Part shown: positions 18,775 to 27,934 of the stretch, in pieces
Numbering within the stretch: the first letter of the stretch is position 1
Layout of the letters: each line of letters starts with the position of its first letter
Assembly (NCBI GenBank): GCA_963787465.1
Contig: CAWBDD010000009.1
Location: forward strand, 14,358 to 78,357
From: an uncultured Thermoplasmata archaeon
GTDB lineage: Archaea; Thermoplasmatota; Thermoplasmata; UBA10834
DNA length: 64,000 nucleotides
Direction of reading: 5' to 3'
The notes under the pieces: model-generated
What the model saw: the letters and a program-made list of their open reading frames with translations, nothing else
Databases searched by the model: none
Told to the model about the DNA's origin: nothing
Program-made: the position numbers and the translations under genes

Positions 18775-20088
18775 ATGTCCTATTCAGAGCTCACGGACTG
18801 GATGTTCAACCTCGAGAGGTTCGGCATCAAGCTCGGGCTCGAGAACATGACGGAGTTCCTCGGCCGGATAGGCGACCCGCACAGGGACTTCAGGTCGGTC
18901 CATGTCACGGGCACGAACGGCAAGGGCTCCACCTGCGTCTTCACCGCGAACATCCTCAGGGAGCACGGCCTCAAGGTGGGACTCTACACATCCCCCCACC
19001 TGGTCGACTTCAGGGAACGGATCAAGTTGGACGGCACGGACATCCCCGAGGACGACGTCGTGAGGATAGGCTCCGCGCTCAGGGGCGAGATGGAGTCCAT
19101 GGCCCGTGAGGACTCGGAAGCGCAGCTCACGTTCTTCGAGTTCACGACCGGGCTGGCCTTCAAGTACTTCAGCGAGCAGAAGGTCGACATCGCGGTCGTC
19201 GAGGTCGGCATGGGAGGGAGGCTGGACGCGACCAACGTCGTATCGCCAGAGGTCACGGCGATAACCCGCATAGGGCTCGAGCACACGAACTACCTCGGGA
19301 GGACCATCCAGGAGATCGCCCGGGAGAAGGCCGGCATCGTGAAGGACGGCATCGAGCTGGTCACCTGCGAGAGGGACCCGGAGGCGCTCGCGGTGATCGA
19401 GGGGGTCTGCAGGAGGAAGGGCGCCCCCGTCAGGAGGCTCGGCAGGGACTTCTCGGTCGCGGACATCAGACAGGGGCTGGACGGGACCGGTTTCGGCTAC
19501 TCGGGCGAGACGAGGCATCTGGGGCTGAGGACGAAGCTCCTCGGCGAGTACCAGGCGGAGAACGCGGCCACCGCCATCGCCATCGTCGAATCGCTCGGGA
19601 GAAGGGGTGTGCGCGTCGCCGAGGCAGAGATCGCCTCTGGGATCGCGAGGACCGAGTGGCCCGGGAGGCTGGACGTGGTCTCCACGGAGCCGTTCATCAT
19701 GTTCGACGGGAGCCACAACCCGGACGGGATACGCAGGACAGTCGAGGTCCTCAGGAGCCTCGATGTCGTGCCGCTCACCTACGTGCTCGGCTGCATGGAC
19801 GACAAGGACGCAGAGGGGATCGTCAAGGCGATCGCGCCCACCGCAGCCAAGGTGATCGTCACCCAAGTCGATTTCAAGCGCGCGCTCCCGGCGGACAGGT
19901 TAGCCGAGGTCGTCCGGAGGAATGTGCGTGTCCCGGTCGAGGTCGTCCCCGACGCGTCGGATGCCATCGAGGCAGGTCTCTCTGGCACATTGGGGAAAGG
20001 GCTGTGCGCCATAGGCTCCTTGTACCTTGTCGGTGAGGCCATGAGATGGAGGAGCCACACTGGGTCAGCGGCGCCGCACAAGGTATAA
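18775..20088 (+). CDS. folC: Folylpolyglutamate synthase / dihydrofolate synthase
   Basis: HVTGTNGKGST, GLYTSPHL, EVGMGGRLDATN, EKAGI, WPGRL and DGSHN motifs. Confidence 0.93.
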   Translation: MSYSELTDWMFNLERFGIKLGLENMTEFLGRIGDPHRDFRSVHVTGTNGKGSTCVFTANILREHGLKVGLYTSPHLVDFRERIKLDGTDIPEDDVVRIGSALRGEMESMAREDSEAQLTFFEFTTGLAFKYFSEQKVDIAVVEVGMGGRLDATNVVSPEVTAITRIGLEHTNYLGRTIQEIAREKAGIVKDGIELVTCERDPEALAVIEGVCRRKGAPVRRLGRDFSVADIRQGLDGTGFGYSGETRHLGLRTKLLGEYQAENAATAIAIVESLGRRGVRVAEAEIASGIARTEWPGRLDVVSTEPFIMFDGSHNPDGIRRTVEVLRSLDVVPLTYVLGCMDDKDAEGIVKAIAPTAAKVIVTQVDFKRALPADRLAEVVRRNVRVPVEVVPDASDAIEAGLSGTLGKGLCAIGSLYLVGEAMRWRSHTGSAAPHKV

Positions 20089-20120
20089 ATGGCCCCTGTG
20101 TATTGACGCTCACAACCGAT

Positions 20121-20194
20121 GCGATGGTAGTGTAGATTGGTTATCACTTGAGCTTGCCAAGCTCAAAACTCGGGTTCAAATCCCGACCATCGCA
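20121..20194 (+). tRNA. tRNA-Gly (anticodon GCC), no encoded CCA
   Basis: Acceptor stem GCGATGG/CCATCGC plus A, anticodon arm TGAGC-TTGCCAA-GCTCA, T arm TCGGG-TTCAAAT-CCCGA; TATAAAT box at 20084. Confidence 0.97.
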
Positions 20195-20229
20195 CTCGCC
20201 AATCTTCTCGTGACACCGCCATAGGGCTG

Positions 20230-21728
20230 TCACCTCGCGCGAGGGGGGCGGCCATGCCTGTCCGGCCAGACCATTGTGAAGTAGTACGCAGCCGATATCG
20301 CCGCGGAGGCACAGGTGACGACGACGAATATCACCATCCACGGCTCCCATCCATAATCGGTCACACTCGAGACGTCGAACGTCATGGAGACCTCGTACGA
20401 GTTGCCAGGCACATCGTAGACGACTATGGTCAGGACGTGAGTGCCGCTCTTCAGGCCTGGGACGGTGACATTCGTGGTGTCGCCGTCATAGACCATGGGG
20501 CCGTCCCCGTCGTAGAAGACCTCGAAGCGATCTACCCCATTGACGTCCGAAGCGTTTAGCTGGACCGTGAGAGAGTCCGAGGGCATCAGATGGTCTTGAA
20601 GCGGAGAGACCTGGAGTGATGGCGCGTCGACATCCACGGACGCCCTGCAGGAAAACGGGCTCTCCTCGTTCCCAGCCACGTCGACCGAGTAGTACTCTAT
20701 CGAGTATTCCCCCGTCGCCTCGAGGACTATCGGAGAGGTGTAGTCTGCCCAGTCCCCGCCGTCGATCCTGAACCTGGTGACGAGCGCCCCACTCCCGTAG
20801 TCATGGGCCGACAGGATGACCTCAGCCTCCGAGGACGTTACCATGATTCCTCACCGCGCTCCGCTATGACCTGAACTGACGAGATCGGGGATATCGTGTC
20901 GATCTTGACCTCCACGGTCTTCACTTCCTCGGCGTTGCCCAACAGATCGACAGAGTAGTAGGATAGGTTGGTCCAGCCGTCATCGCTGAAGTATGCGTAG
21001 GTCCCCTCGGCCCATTCGCCATCCCCGATCCGGATCATGGTGCTGTACACACCGGACCCGTTGTCAATCGCATACAGGGTGTATGAGACCGGGCCAAGCG
21101 TCCATCCGTCTGTGCCGACCGGCGAATCGCTCCTCAGAATCAGGGTTGTGCATGGGGGTTCGTTATCCTCCTCGAGCACCGCTATCACACAGATGTCGAT
21201 GTCGACGAGGCCTTGCGAATCCATGACCTCCAAAGTGACCGCGTAGACGCCGCTTGCGGAGTATATGTGATTGGAGACGCTCTCGGCAGACCAGTCAGAA
21301 TCCCAGATGCCGTCCCCCTCCCAGTCCCACCGGTACTGGAGGTCGATGCCATCCTCCGGGTCGGTGGACAAGGAGGCGTTCGCGATGAATTGATCACCGA
21401 TGACGGCCCAGCCGGGGTTCACAGTGAAATCGGCGTGAGGTTGACCAGCTTCGGCGAGCCCGATTACCCGGACGACCGCGCTGGTCACGGATCCAACTAC
21501 GAGCTCGTCCGCCCCGTCCAAGTCCAAGTCCCCAGTCGCCATGGACCTGGTACCGGTATCGAATGAATCAGACACCCATTCGACCGAATACGCCCCACTG
21601 GTGAATCCGCCGACTTCGATCACGCTTTCGACTACGCCACTGCTGAACAAGTACATGGCGCTCGCGACTATGATCTCAGGGGCGCCGTCGCCATCGAGGT
21701 TCGTCCCTTCATTTCTCTGCTGATTCAA
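20230..21728 (-). pseudogene. 5'-truncated surface protein (FG-GAP-like repeats, PKD domain, Ig-like repeats, C-terminal TM) split by a frameshift at ~20839
   Basis: NLDGDGAPEIIV and GDLDLDGADELVVG repeats; PKD-like YRWDWEGDG...HIYSASGVYAVTLEVMDSQG; two Ig-like repeats (YYSVDLLGNAE, YYSVDVAGNEE). Adding one base at TGG-TA-ACG joins the two ORFs. No signal peptide. Confidence 0.65.
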
Positions 21729-22675
21729 TGACCCGCCTGCCGCTTCGGGCGGGTGGGACCGAGAAGCACCTCGAGATTCCTCGGGAAGACCGTGAGTTCG
21801 AGACCGATCCTCCGCAGTCTCCGTCCCATCAGCTTGGACTTCTGGCCGGAGAACTTGCCTCCGAGAAGGTATGCCGTCTCCTTCTCTGTGAAGGACCCTC
21901 CCTCCTTCCTCAGACCCAGCACGTCACGGTTGTATGGGCACGCGACCTGGCATTTCATGCAGCCCACGAGGGCGTTGTGCCAGGATGGCGATATCCACCC
22001 GGGGAACGGGTGCTTCGCCGTCCGTTCGTTGTACCTGGTGATGCATCGCTCGGCCTTCACGAGGAACCTGTCGGCGCAGACCGCACCCGTCGGGCATGCC
22101 TTCACGCACGCCCTGCAGGTCCTGCACTTGGGCAACGGCGTCATCCCGCCGAGCTCTTCCCCGTCCGGCTCGAGATCCGTGTACATGGCCCCGAGCCTCT
22201 GGAAACTCCCGTTGCCTTCGACGTAGGTCACGTTGTTCCTGCCGTATCGGGCGAGGCCGCTCCTGACGCCGAGGAGCTTCAGGGGCACGACAGCCTTGGC
22301 GACGTAGCAGTCGGATCTCCCGGTCGCCTGCTTGACCCGCCCCCTCACGACCGACACGGACTTCCAGTAATCATGGTAGGACGGCGGGACGACCAAGTCG
22401 ACCGTCCTGCCTTTCCATCCGAACCCGACGTGCAGAGGGGGTGACGGCCACGAGTAGATGAGAACGGACCGCGCCCTGCGGACATTCTTCGGCAGCGAGT
22501 GGTCCATGTACTTGCGGATCCACTCCTGGTAGATGCCGTCATCGACGGCCCCGTCCCGGTGCAGGGTCCTGACCTGCTCCCTGGCCGACTCCGCGTCCTC
22601 AAGGGAGACTAGCCGCGCCCTTATCCCGCTCCTCCCGAGGTGCCCGATGAGGTCCTTACCCGCCCCTCCAGTCAT
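21725..22675 (-). CDS. Epoxyqueuosine reductase (QueG)-like 2x[4Fe-4S] protein
   Basis: RSGLARYGRNN, CRTCRACVKACPTGA, CITRYNE, GCMKCQVACPYN. Confidence 0.78.
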   Translation of the reverse strand: MTGGAGKDLIGHLGRSGIRARLVSLEDAESAREQVRTLHRDGAVDDGIYQEWIRKYMDHSLPKNVRRARSVLIYSWPSPPLHVGFGWKGRTVDLVVPPSYHDYWKSVSVVRGRVKQATGRSDCYVAKAVVPLKLLGVRSGLARYGRNNVTYVEGNGSFQRLGAMYTDLEPDGEELGGMTPLPKCRTCRACVKACPTGAVCADRFLVKAERCITRYNERTAKHPFPGWISPSWHNALVGCMKCQVACPYNRDVLGLRKEGGSFTEKETAYLLGGKFSGQKSKLMGRRLRRIGLELTVFPRNLEVLLGPTRPKRQAGH

Positions 22676-22767
22676 GTCGAAGGAGTAACGACAAGCAGAG
22701 AGATAAGGGCGAGCCCGCCTCGAAGAGGACGCCAGCTAGGATTATGCAGGAGTAACTGCATCGGGGG

Positions 22768-24396
22768 ATGACTGGCATGACACCGAACATGAAACGGGTC
22801 CTCGCGTCCCTGGACCGGGACATCGGGACCTGGATGAAGGCCTACGACATCCCTGGCATGTGCATCTCCGTCACCGACAGGAAGGGCACGCTCAGGACCT
22901 CGGAGTATGGTCTCTCGGACCTGGCTGCGAAGAAGCGCGTCAGGAAGGACACCATGTTCCAGATAGGTTCCATCAGCAAGTCGTTCACTTCGATCTGCGC
23001 CCTCCAGCTGGCCGAGGAAGGGCTCCTCGACCTGCGCCGCCCCGTCAGGGACTACATCCCCTGGTTCGAGGTGAGGTCGAAGCACGGGCCGATCACGCTC
23101 CATCACCTCATGACGCACACGGCGGGCATCGTGATAGGGACCGAATCCCTCATACGTGCCGTCCCAGAGGTCTACGCTCTGAGGGACACGGACACATCGG
23201 CCCCGCCCGGTGAGCACTTCCACTACTCGAACGTCGGATACAAGGCGGTGGGACTGGCCCTGGAGAACGTGACAGGGAAGAGCGTCGCCGACCTCGTCCG
23301 CGAACGGGTCGTGGAGCCGCTCGGGATGAGATCCACCACGACGACCATCATCAACGACGTGCGCGAGAAGCTCGCCGTCGGCTATGCTGAGCTCAAGGAC
23401 GACAGGCCCAGACCGCTCAGGAACGGGCTGGCGCCAGCGACGTGGAACGAGAGCGACACCGGAGACGGGTCCATCTGCTCGACCGCGGACGACATGGCCA
23501 GGTACGTGCGCCTGCTCCTGAACAGGGGGAAGGGGCCGAAGGGCAGGGTCCTCTCGGAAGACTCCTTCGCGCTGATGACGAGCAGGCACATCGCCACGGA
23601 GGACGGCGAGCACTACGGCTACGGCTTGGGGTCGGTCGACGTCGACGGGCATGTCCACATCCAGCACACAGGCGGGATGGTGGGATACCACTCATCGATG
23701 GTCATGGACATGGACCTCGGCATCGGGGTCTTCGCCTCGGTGAACGGGCCTGGAGAACCGAGCAAGGCCACATCGTTCGTCCTGGCTTCGCTGCGGGCGG
23801 CTGTCGAAGGCAAGAAGGCGCCATCAGTCGTGCCAAGGCTGCCCGAACCGTACCTCATCAAGAACTCGAAGGACTACGCCGGCGAATTCGTCTGCGGGGA
23901 CAGGACCCTGAGGTTCACGGCGTCCAGGGACGCGCTCCACCTCGTCAAGGGGAGGAAGAAGAAGGTGAGGATGGACCTGCGCGGGCCGGACGAGTTCTTC
24001 GCGGACGACCCGGCCCACGACAGGTTCCTGTTCAGGTTCATCAAATCTGGGGAGACGGTCACGGAGGTGGTCCACGGCCCGGATGGCTTCAGGAGGCCTG
24101 GCACCAGCGCATCCTCCGAGGGGCTGCGCCCCAGGGAATGGGAAGCGTTCGTCGGCCACTACAGGTCGTACAACCCGTGGCTATCCAACTTCAGGGTCGT
24201 GCCTAGGGAGGCGGGGCTGGCGGTCATCTATCCGTGGGGTGTCGAGGAGCCACTGACGCACCTCGGAGGGAACAGGTTCAGAGCGGGCAAGGACCCGCTC
24301 TGCCCGGAGACGATCGCCTTCGAGCTCGTCATCCACGGGGAGGCGCAGGTCGCGCGGATCTCGTGGGGCGTCTACACCAGGACCTTCACTCCGTGA
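22768..24396 (+). CDS. Serine hydrolase, beta-lactamase/AmpC-like family
   Basis: SxxK (IGSISKSF), LMTHTAG, YxN (HYSNVGY), HTGG; extended C-terminus. Confidence 0.88.
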   Translation: MTGMTPNMKRVLASLDRDIGTWMKAYDIPGMCISVTDRKGTLRTSEYGLSDLAAKKRVRKDTMFQIGSISKSFTSICALQLAEEGLLDLRRPVRDYIPWFEVRSKHGPITLHHLMTHTAGIVIGTESLIRAVPEVYALRDTDTSAPPGEHFHYSNVGYKAVGLALENVTGKSVADLVRERVVEPLGMRSTTTTIINDVREKLAVGYAELKDDRPRPLRNGLAPATWNESDTGDGSICSTADDMARYVRLLLNRGKGPKGRVLSEDSFALMTSRHIATEDGEHYGYGLGSVDVDGHVHIQHTGGMVGYHSSMVMDMDLGIGVFASVNGPGEPSKATSFVLASLRAAVEGKKAPSVVPRLPEPYLIKNSKDYAGEFVCGDRTLRFTASRDALHLVKGRKKKVRMDLRGPDEFFADDPAHDRFLFRFIKSGETVTEVVHGPDGFRRPGTSASSEGLRPREWEAFVGHYRSYNPWLSNFRVVPREAGLAVIYPWGVEEPLTHLGGNRFRAGKDPLCPETIAFELVIHGEAQVARISWGVYTRTFTP

Positions 24397-25174
24397 CCTT
24401 CCGGAGGCCGCTCTCCCGCTCGAACCACTCCGTCGCCTGGCGGTACTTGGAGCGCAGTTCCTCCGGGGACGCGATGAACGACAGGCGCACCAACTTCCGG
24501 ACGATATCGTCCGGCAGCTCGTCATGCACGTACCTGGTCCCGAAGTCGTAATGCACCGGGCCATGCCGCATGCGCAGGACCTCGAGGAGAGCGCCCAGCG
24601 TGACCCGTTGGTACAGGTCCACAGCTTCGATCCAGTGGTCCCGGTTTATCTCCTTCTGGACGAAGCAGTTGAATATCCGGAAACGGTCGACGACCCTCTG
24701 CCGCCTCACTTCCATCGCTTTGGCGTGGGAAGTGGCGTCGAACGGCTTCGCATTCACCCGTCCGGCCCTGTTGAAGTGGAAGACCGATCGACCGTGGACC
24801 TCCGGCTCCAGGAAGTACGTGTCGCTGCTGACCTTGATCACGGCCATGTCGACAGCCAGGTACTCGCTCGCGCGCTCGAGCCTGAAGAAGGACTGTGTTA
24901 GACCGGGCCAGTGCGGGTCCGGGACGTACTCCTGCTCGATGGGGGAGACAGAGCTCAGGGCGGACCTCACGACGTCCATGGTCGCGTCTAGCTTGTCGTC
25001 GTCCACGACCGCGTACCCGTCGATGTCCGACCACTCGTCCAGCCTCCCGTGCGCCATCGCCCCGCCCTCGTAGAACGCGTGCACGAAGGGCAGCGGCTCC
25101 AGCGCGCGCACGAGCGCATCGATGATCATTCCCCGGTCGACAGTCGGCTCTCGGTCGTCTCGCATATGGTCCAC
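24386..25174 (-). CDS. Pol-beta-superfamily nucleotidyltransferase domain protein
   Basis: GGAMAHGRLDEWSDID (G-x-A...D-x-D) followed by a helical C-terminal domain. Confidence 0.72.
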   Translation of the reverse strand: MDHMRDDREPTVDRGMIIDALVRALEPLPFVHAFYEGGAMAHGRLDEWSDIDGYAVVDDDKLDATMDVVRSALSSVSPIEQEYVPDPHWPGLTQSFFRLERASEYLAVDMAVIKVSSDTYFLEPEVHGRSVFHFNRAGRVNAKPFDATSHAKAMEVRRQRVVDRFRIFNCFVQKEINRDHWIEAVDLYQRVTLGALLEVLRMRHGPVHYDFGTRYVHDELPDDIVRKLVRLSFIASPEELRSKYRQATEWFERESGLRKVTE

Positions 25175-25181
25175 CAGATCG

Positions 25182-25811
25182 TCAGGGCTTCCTCATCAGC
25201 AGTCTGAGCAGGTCGCGCTTCCCCGCCACGGCGCCGAAGGTTATCCTCCGGACCGAACCGATCTCCTTCAGGCGCACGAGCCCGTGGAAGAGCGACGGGG
25301 CCTCGCCCTCCTGGAAGTAGTGAGTGAGTATCCCGTTCCCCCTGAGGAAGGATGCGCCCTCGACCTCCTCCCCCTCGCCGTAGCGTATGTCGCCTCTGCC
25401 GAAGACCTCGACGAACAGGTATCCGCCGCTCTTGAGCACCCGGCCGACCTCGGAGGCGGCAGTCGCCCGCTCGCCTTGCCGCATGTGTGAGAGGGTGTGG
25501 ACGCATGTGACGATGTCGAACTTTTCCGATTCAAAAGGAAGCTTGAGTATGTTGCATTGTACCAAATTCACCTTATGCTCAGGGTCCCGCTGCGACCTGA
25601 GCCGGACGAGCGCTTCGCGGGAGAAATCGCATCCGACCACATCGCACGTGCGCGCAAGAGGCTCCGTCGTCTTCCCGTCGCCGCAACCCGTATCCAACGC
25701 GAGCATGCCCGCGCGCAGATGTGGTTGCAGGAGTCCGAGCTCGCCCGTGCCCCCGTACTGGAGTCCGCGCTTCGAGTAGAGCTTCTCCCAGGCCTGTCTC
25801 TCTCCGGTCAT
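25182..25811 (-). CDS. Class I SAM-dependent methyltransferase
   Basis: ALDTGCGDG, GCDFS, FDIV, VLKSGG; ATG at 25811 preferred as start. Confidence 0.85.
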   Translation of the reverse strand: MTGERQAWEKLYSKRGLQYGGTGELGLLQPHLRAGMLALDTGCGDGKTTEPLARTCDVVGCDFSREALVRLRSQRDPEHKVNLVQCNILKLPFESEKFDIVTCVHTLSHMRQGERATAASEVGRVLKSGGYLFVEVFGRGDIRYGEGEEVEGASFLRGNGILTHYFQEGEAPSLFHGLVRLKEIGSVRRITFGAVAGKRDLLRLLMRKP

Positions 25812-26121
25812 GCCGCTCCGTCCCCCTGATAGTGCGGTAAGCATTCAAATACGGTTCTGTCACAAATCGGGTGGCAGCCCTTCGGGCTCCTCGACTGTGT
25901 GTCTCGACCCATTCGGGAATATGGATTTCTCCCACACGTCGAGGGCGATCCGCTGCCATCTGGCGGGCCGACCGTGACGGCCTGCACGTGTGCCTGCGTG
26001 GGCATCGAGATCCGGACGGTGGCCAGAGGTCTTCATGATTCGCAATACAGGTACCACCCGACAATGCAACAGAACCAAATACTAAAAAGGTCTAACTCGG
26101 GCCGTCTTAAAGCAAGGAAGA

Positions 26122-27534
26122 ATGGTTGAAATGCAGTTCGACGCGATAGTATCGAACCCTGACATACTCAGGGCGATAAAGGACATGGAGTGGGAGGAGC
26201 CCACACCGGTCCAGGAGAAGACTATCCCGCTCGCGGTCGCGGGTAGGGATGTCATGTCCCAGGCCCAGACGGGCACTGGCAAGACGGCGGCGTTCGCGAT
26301 ACCGGTCATCGGCAAGCTCGAACGCACGAAGAAGATACAGTGCCTCGTGCTCACGCCGACGCGCGAGCTCGCGGTGCAGGTGGCCGAGGACTTCGACGAG
26401 ATGGCCAAGTACTCGCATGTCAAGGCGGTCCCCATCTACGGCGGGCAGTCCATCACCGTCCAGGTCGAGAAGCTGAGGCGCGGGGCTGAGGCTGTCGTCG
26501 GCACCCCGGGCAGGCTGATGGACCTGATGAGACGGAACGAGCTCAACTTCAACGGCGTCAAGTTCCTGGTCCTGGACGAGGCGGACAGGATGCTGGACAT
26601 GGGGTTCATCGACGACATCGAATGGATCCTGCAGCGCGTCCCGAAGGACCGGCAGACCATGCTGTTCTCGGCGACGCTCCCCGAGACGATCAGGGACCTC
26701 GCGCAGCGGTACATGCGCAACCCCGAGCTCGTCATGATCAGCTCGGAGACGCTCACCGTCGACAACGCCGAGCAGAGCTACATGAACGTCGGCAGGAAGA
26801 ACAAGCTCTGGGCCCTGTGCAGGATCATAGACACGGAGAGGCCCCAGCTGATGATGGTCTTCTGCTCCACGAAGCGGATGGTGGACCAGCTCGCGCACAA
26901 GCTGCGCGCGTACGGCTACGCCGCAGACGGGCTCCACGGCGACATGTCCCAGACATCCAGGGACAAGGTCATGGGGAAGTTCAAGGACGGGAAGCTCAGG
27001 ATACTCATCGCCACGGACGTCGCAGCGAGGGGGTTGGACATCGACGACGTGTCGCATGTCGTCAACTACGACATCCCCGAGAACCCAGAGGACTACGTCC
27101 ACAGGATCGGGCGCACGGCCAGGGCCGGGAAGACCGGGAAGGCCATCACGTTCGTGTCCAAGGAGGAGCAGTACCTGGTCAAGGCCATAGAGCGCTTCGG
27201 CCGCACGACGGTCGAGGAGGCCGACGTGCCGGAGGCGCACGGCCGCGACACGGTCAAGAGGCAGCTCGACTTCGACGAGTACGCGGACAACTTCGGGATG
27301 GTCCCGTTCGTGCTCAACCTGGGCAAGAGGGACGGGGTCAGCATGATCAACCTGACGTCGTTCATCGAGCGGAAGGCCCGGATCACCGAGCACCTCATCG
27401 GGCACGTGGAGATCGGCGAGGACTCCAGCATGGTCCAGATCCACAAGTCCGTCGCGTTCGGGGTCATGAAGGACCTCGAGAGGACCTACGTCGCGAACAA
27501 GAAGGTCCAGATCGACTTGATGAGGCGACGCTAG
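26122..27534 (+). CDS. DEAD-box RNA helicase with C-terminal DbpA-type RNA-binding domain
   Basis: Q motif, AQTGTGKT, PTRELA, TPGRL, DEAD, SAT, ARGLD, HRIGRTARAG. Confidence 0.95.
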   Translation: MVEMQFDAIVSNPDILRAIKDMEWEEPTPVQEKTIPLAVAGRDVMSQAQTGTGKTAAFAIPVIGKLERTKKIQCLVLTPTRELAVQVAEDFDEMAKYSHVKAVPIYGGQSITVQVEKLRRGAEAVVGTPGRLMDLMRRNELNFNGVKFLVLDEADRMLDMGFIDDIEWILQRVPKDRQTMLFSATLPETIRDLAQRYMRNPELVMISSETLTVDNAEQSYMNVGRKNKLWALCRIIDTERPQLMMVFCSTKRMVDQLAHKLRAYGYAADGLHGDMSQTSRDKVMGKFKDGKLRILIATDVAARGLDIDDVSHVVNYDIPENPEDYVHRIGRTARAGKTGKAITFVSKEEQYLVKAIERFGRTTVEEADVPEAHGRDTVKRQLDFDEYADNFGMVPFVLNLGKRDGVSMINLTSFIERKARITEHLIGHVEIGEDSSMVQIHKSVAFGVMKDLERTYVANKKVQIDLMRRR

Positions 27535-27809
27535 GCGTTCAGCTGCCTGTTTATCTCGTCGGCGCGCACGTGCCCTACGACCTTGACGTCGCAGCGCTTC
27601 ACGCCGTCGATCGAGAGGACCTGGTCGCGTATCGCCTTGGCGAGTTCAACGCCGACGGGGCAGAATGGACTCGTGGGCATGAAGGTGAGGCTGACGGAAT
27701 CCTGCGAGACGATGATGTCAGAAATGAGGCCCATGTCGTAGACGCTGACGCCCGTGTGCGGGTCGAGGACCCCACGCAACGCCTCGACCACGAATTCCTT
27801 GCGGTCCAT
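27531..27809 (-). CDS. Fe-S cluster assembly protein (DUF59/PaaD family)
   Basis: VLDPHTGVSVYDMGLI and TSPFCP motifs; 92 aa. Confidence 0.85.
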   Translation of the reverse strand: MDRKEFVVEALRGVLDPHTGVSVYDMGLISDIIVSQDSVSLTFMPTSPFCPVGVELAKAIRDQVLSIDGVKRCDVKVVGHVRADEINRQLNA

Positions 27810-27934
27810 GTCCAGCAGACAATCGCTGTCGCGGTATTTATTACAGGCTGTCCCTCGGACCCGACCCATGGTGACGTGAGCGGCCATGCGCAGAAGTGGA
27901 ATGACATGCGTCCCTGTGACGGCGGAACCCATGA

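Noticed and set aside
25860-26078. Small ORFs between the methyltransferase and the helicase
   Set aside because: Several competing frames, no motifs and no clear RBS; the region also holds divergent promoters.
20121-26100. Integrated element at tRNA-Gly
   Set aside because: No integrase gene and no duplicate of the tRNA 3' end (CCCGACCATCGCA) seen downstream.
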